From positions 1 through 46,713 of IMG/VR virus record IMGVR_UViG_3300048598_000496: 46,713 nt of DNA. The stretch is one strand, 5' to 3'. The notes beneath the pieces are model-generated. The model was not told where the DNA came from. It did not search any database and was given only the letters and a program-made list of their open reading frames with translations. Position numbers and translations under genes: made by a program. Below are positions 46,174 through 46,713 of the stretch, piece after piece. This DNA is from a virus (taxonomy: Duplodnaviria; Caudoviricetes). Numbering within the stretch: position 1 is the stretch's first letter; the number at the start of each line of letters is the position of its first letter.

Positions 46174-46713
46174 GTGCGGTTGCTAACTGACTGCTCTATA
46201 AGAATATTTTTAACATACTCGCGCTATAATTGTACTATGAAAATGGGTAATGCACTTCTGGGTGTGGTTTTACCGCCTCCGGCGGGCACGATCCTTCTAT
46301 ATGCAGCGGATGGGCTTTCGGTGAGACAAGGCGACCTAAGCCCCGCCGGTCGGCCACGAACGCCAAAGCGCTCGACATGGGTGCCACTCTTCCGCGAACA
46401 CCTCGACACAGACGAGGGGACCGACACTTTATATTCTCTGGCCGAAGACGGGATGCGCGCCTGGGATTGCTCTCCGGATCAAATGAATGGCCTGCGTAGA
46501 GCCTTCGAGGACATTACGTTCCGGGCTCTGTCGCTTGCAGCGCTGGAGTATTTCGCGGCAACGGCACCAACGCCGATAACTCTCAAAAGCCCGATCAAGC
46601 CACCGGAGGTGCAACAGTCGAAGCCTGAGCCGAAATCCGCTTCGCTGCCAAAGGCTGGTTCAAAGCCTTTCCGGCCCAAAGGTCGCACCCTCTTTCATCA
46701 ATTGGCGCCATAA
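46174..46713 (+). CDS. hypothetical protein
   Basis: ORF ending at the window edge with a Pro/Lys-rich C-terminus; start uncertain. Confidence 0.45.
   Translation: MRLLTDCSIRIFLTYSRYNCTMKMGNALLGVVLPPPAGTILLYAADGLSVRQGDLSPAGRPRTPKRSTWVPLFREHLDTDEGTDTLYSLAEDGMRAWDCSPDQMNGLRRAFEDITFRALSLAALEYFAATAPTPITLKSPIKPPEVQQSKPEPKSASLPKAGSKPFRPKGRTLFHQLAP

Overview
Alphaproteobacterial-type chromosomal window with four blocks. (1) About 0.7-17.3 kb, minus strand: an RcGTA-like gene-transfer-agent or cryptic-phage cluster with terminases, portal, protease, HK97 capsid, head decoration and spike genes, adaptor, head closure, distal tail, hub, NlpC/P60, megatron, DUF2793 fibre, lysozyme, holin and spanins. 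It has no tail terminator, tail tube, chaperone or tape-measure genes, and head closure is translationally coupled directly to distal tail. (2) About 17.5-25.5 kb: orphan genes and two secreted Cys-rich repeat proteins, one ending in a Hint self-cleaving domain, downstream of a structured C4-like RNA leader. (3) 25.86-35.41 kb: a satellite-like island at a tRNA-fMet 3' end, with a large serine recombinase, split primase-helicase, iteron-like repeats, a second copy of the RNA leader and a CapH/CapP-regulated short type II CBASS (CD-NTase, E2, patatin). (4) From 35.44 kb: a second tandem island with a Fic-SNF2-PLD-type III Mod/Res defence operon. All calls come from motif recognition by eye; no database searches were run.
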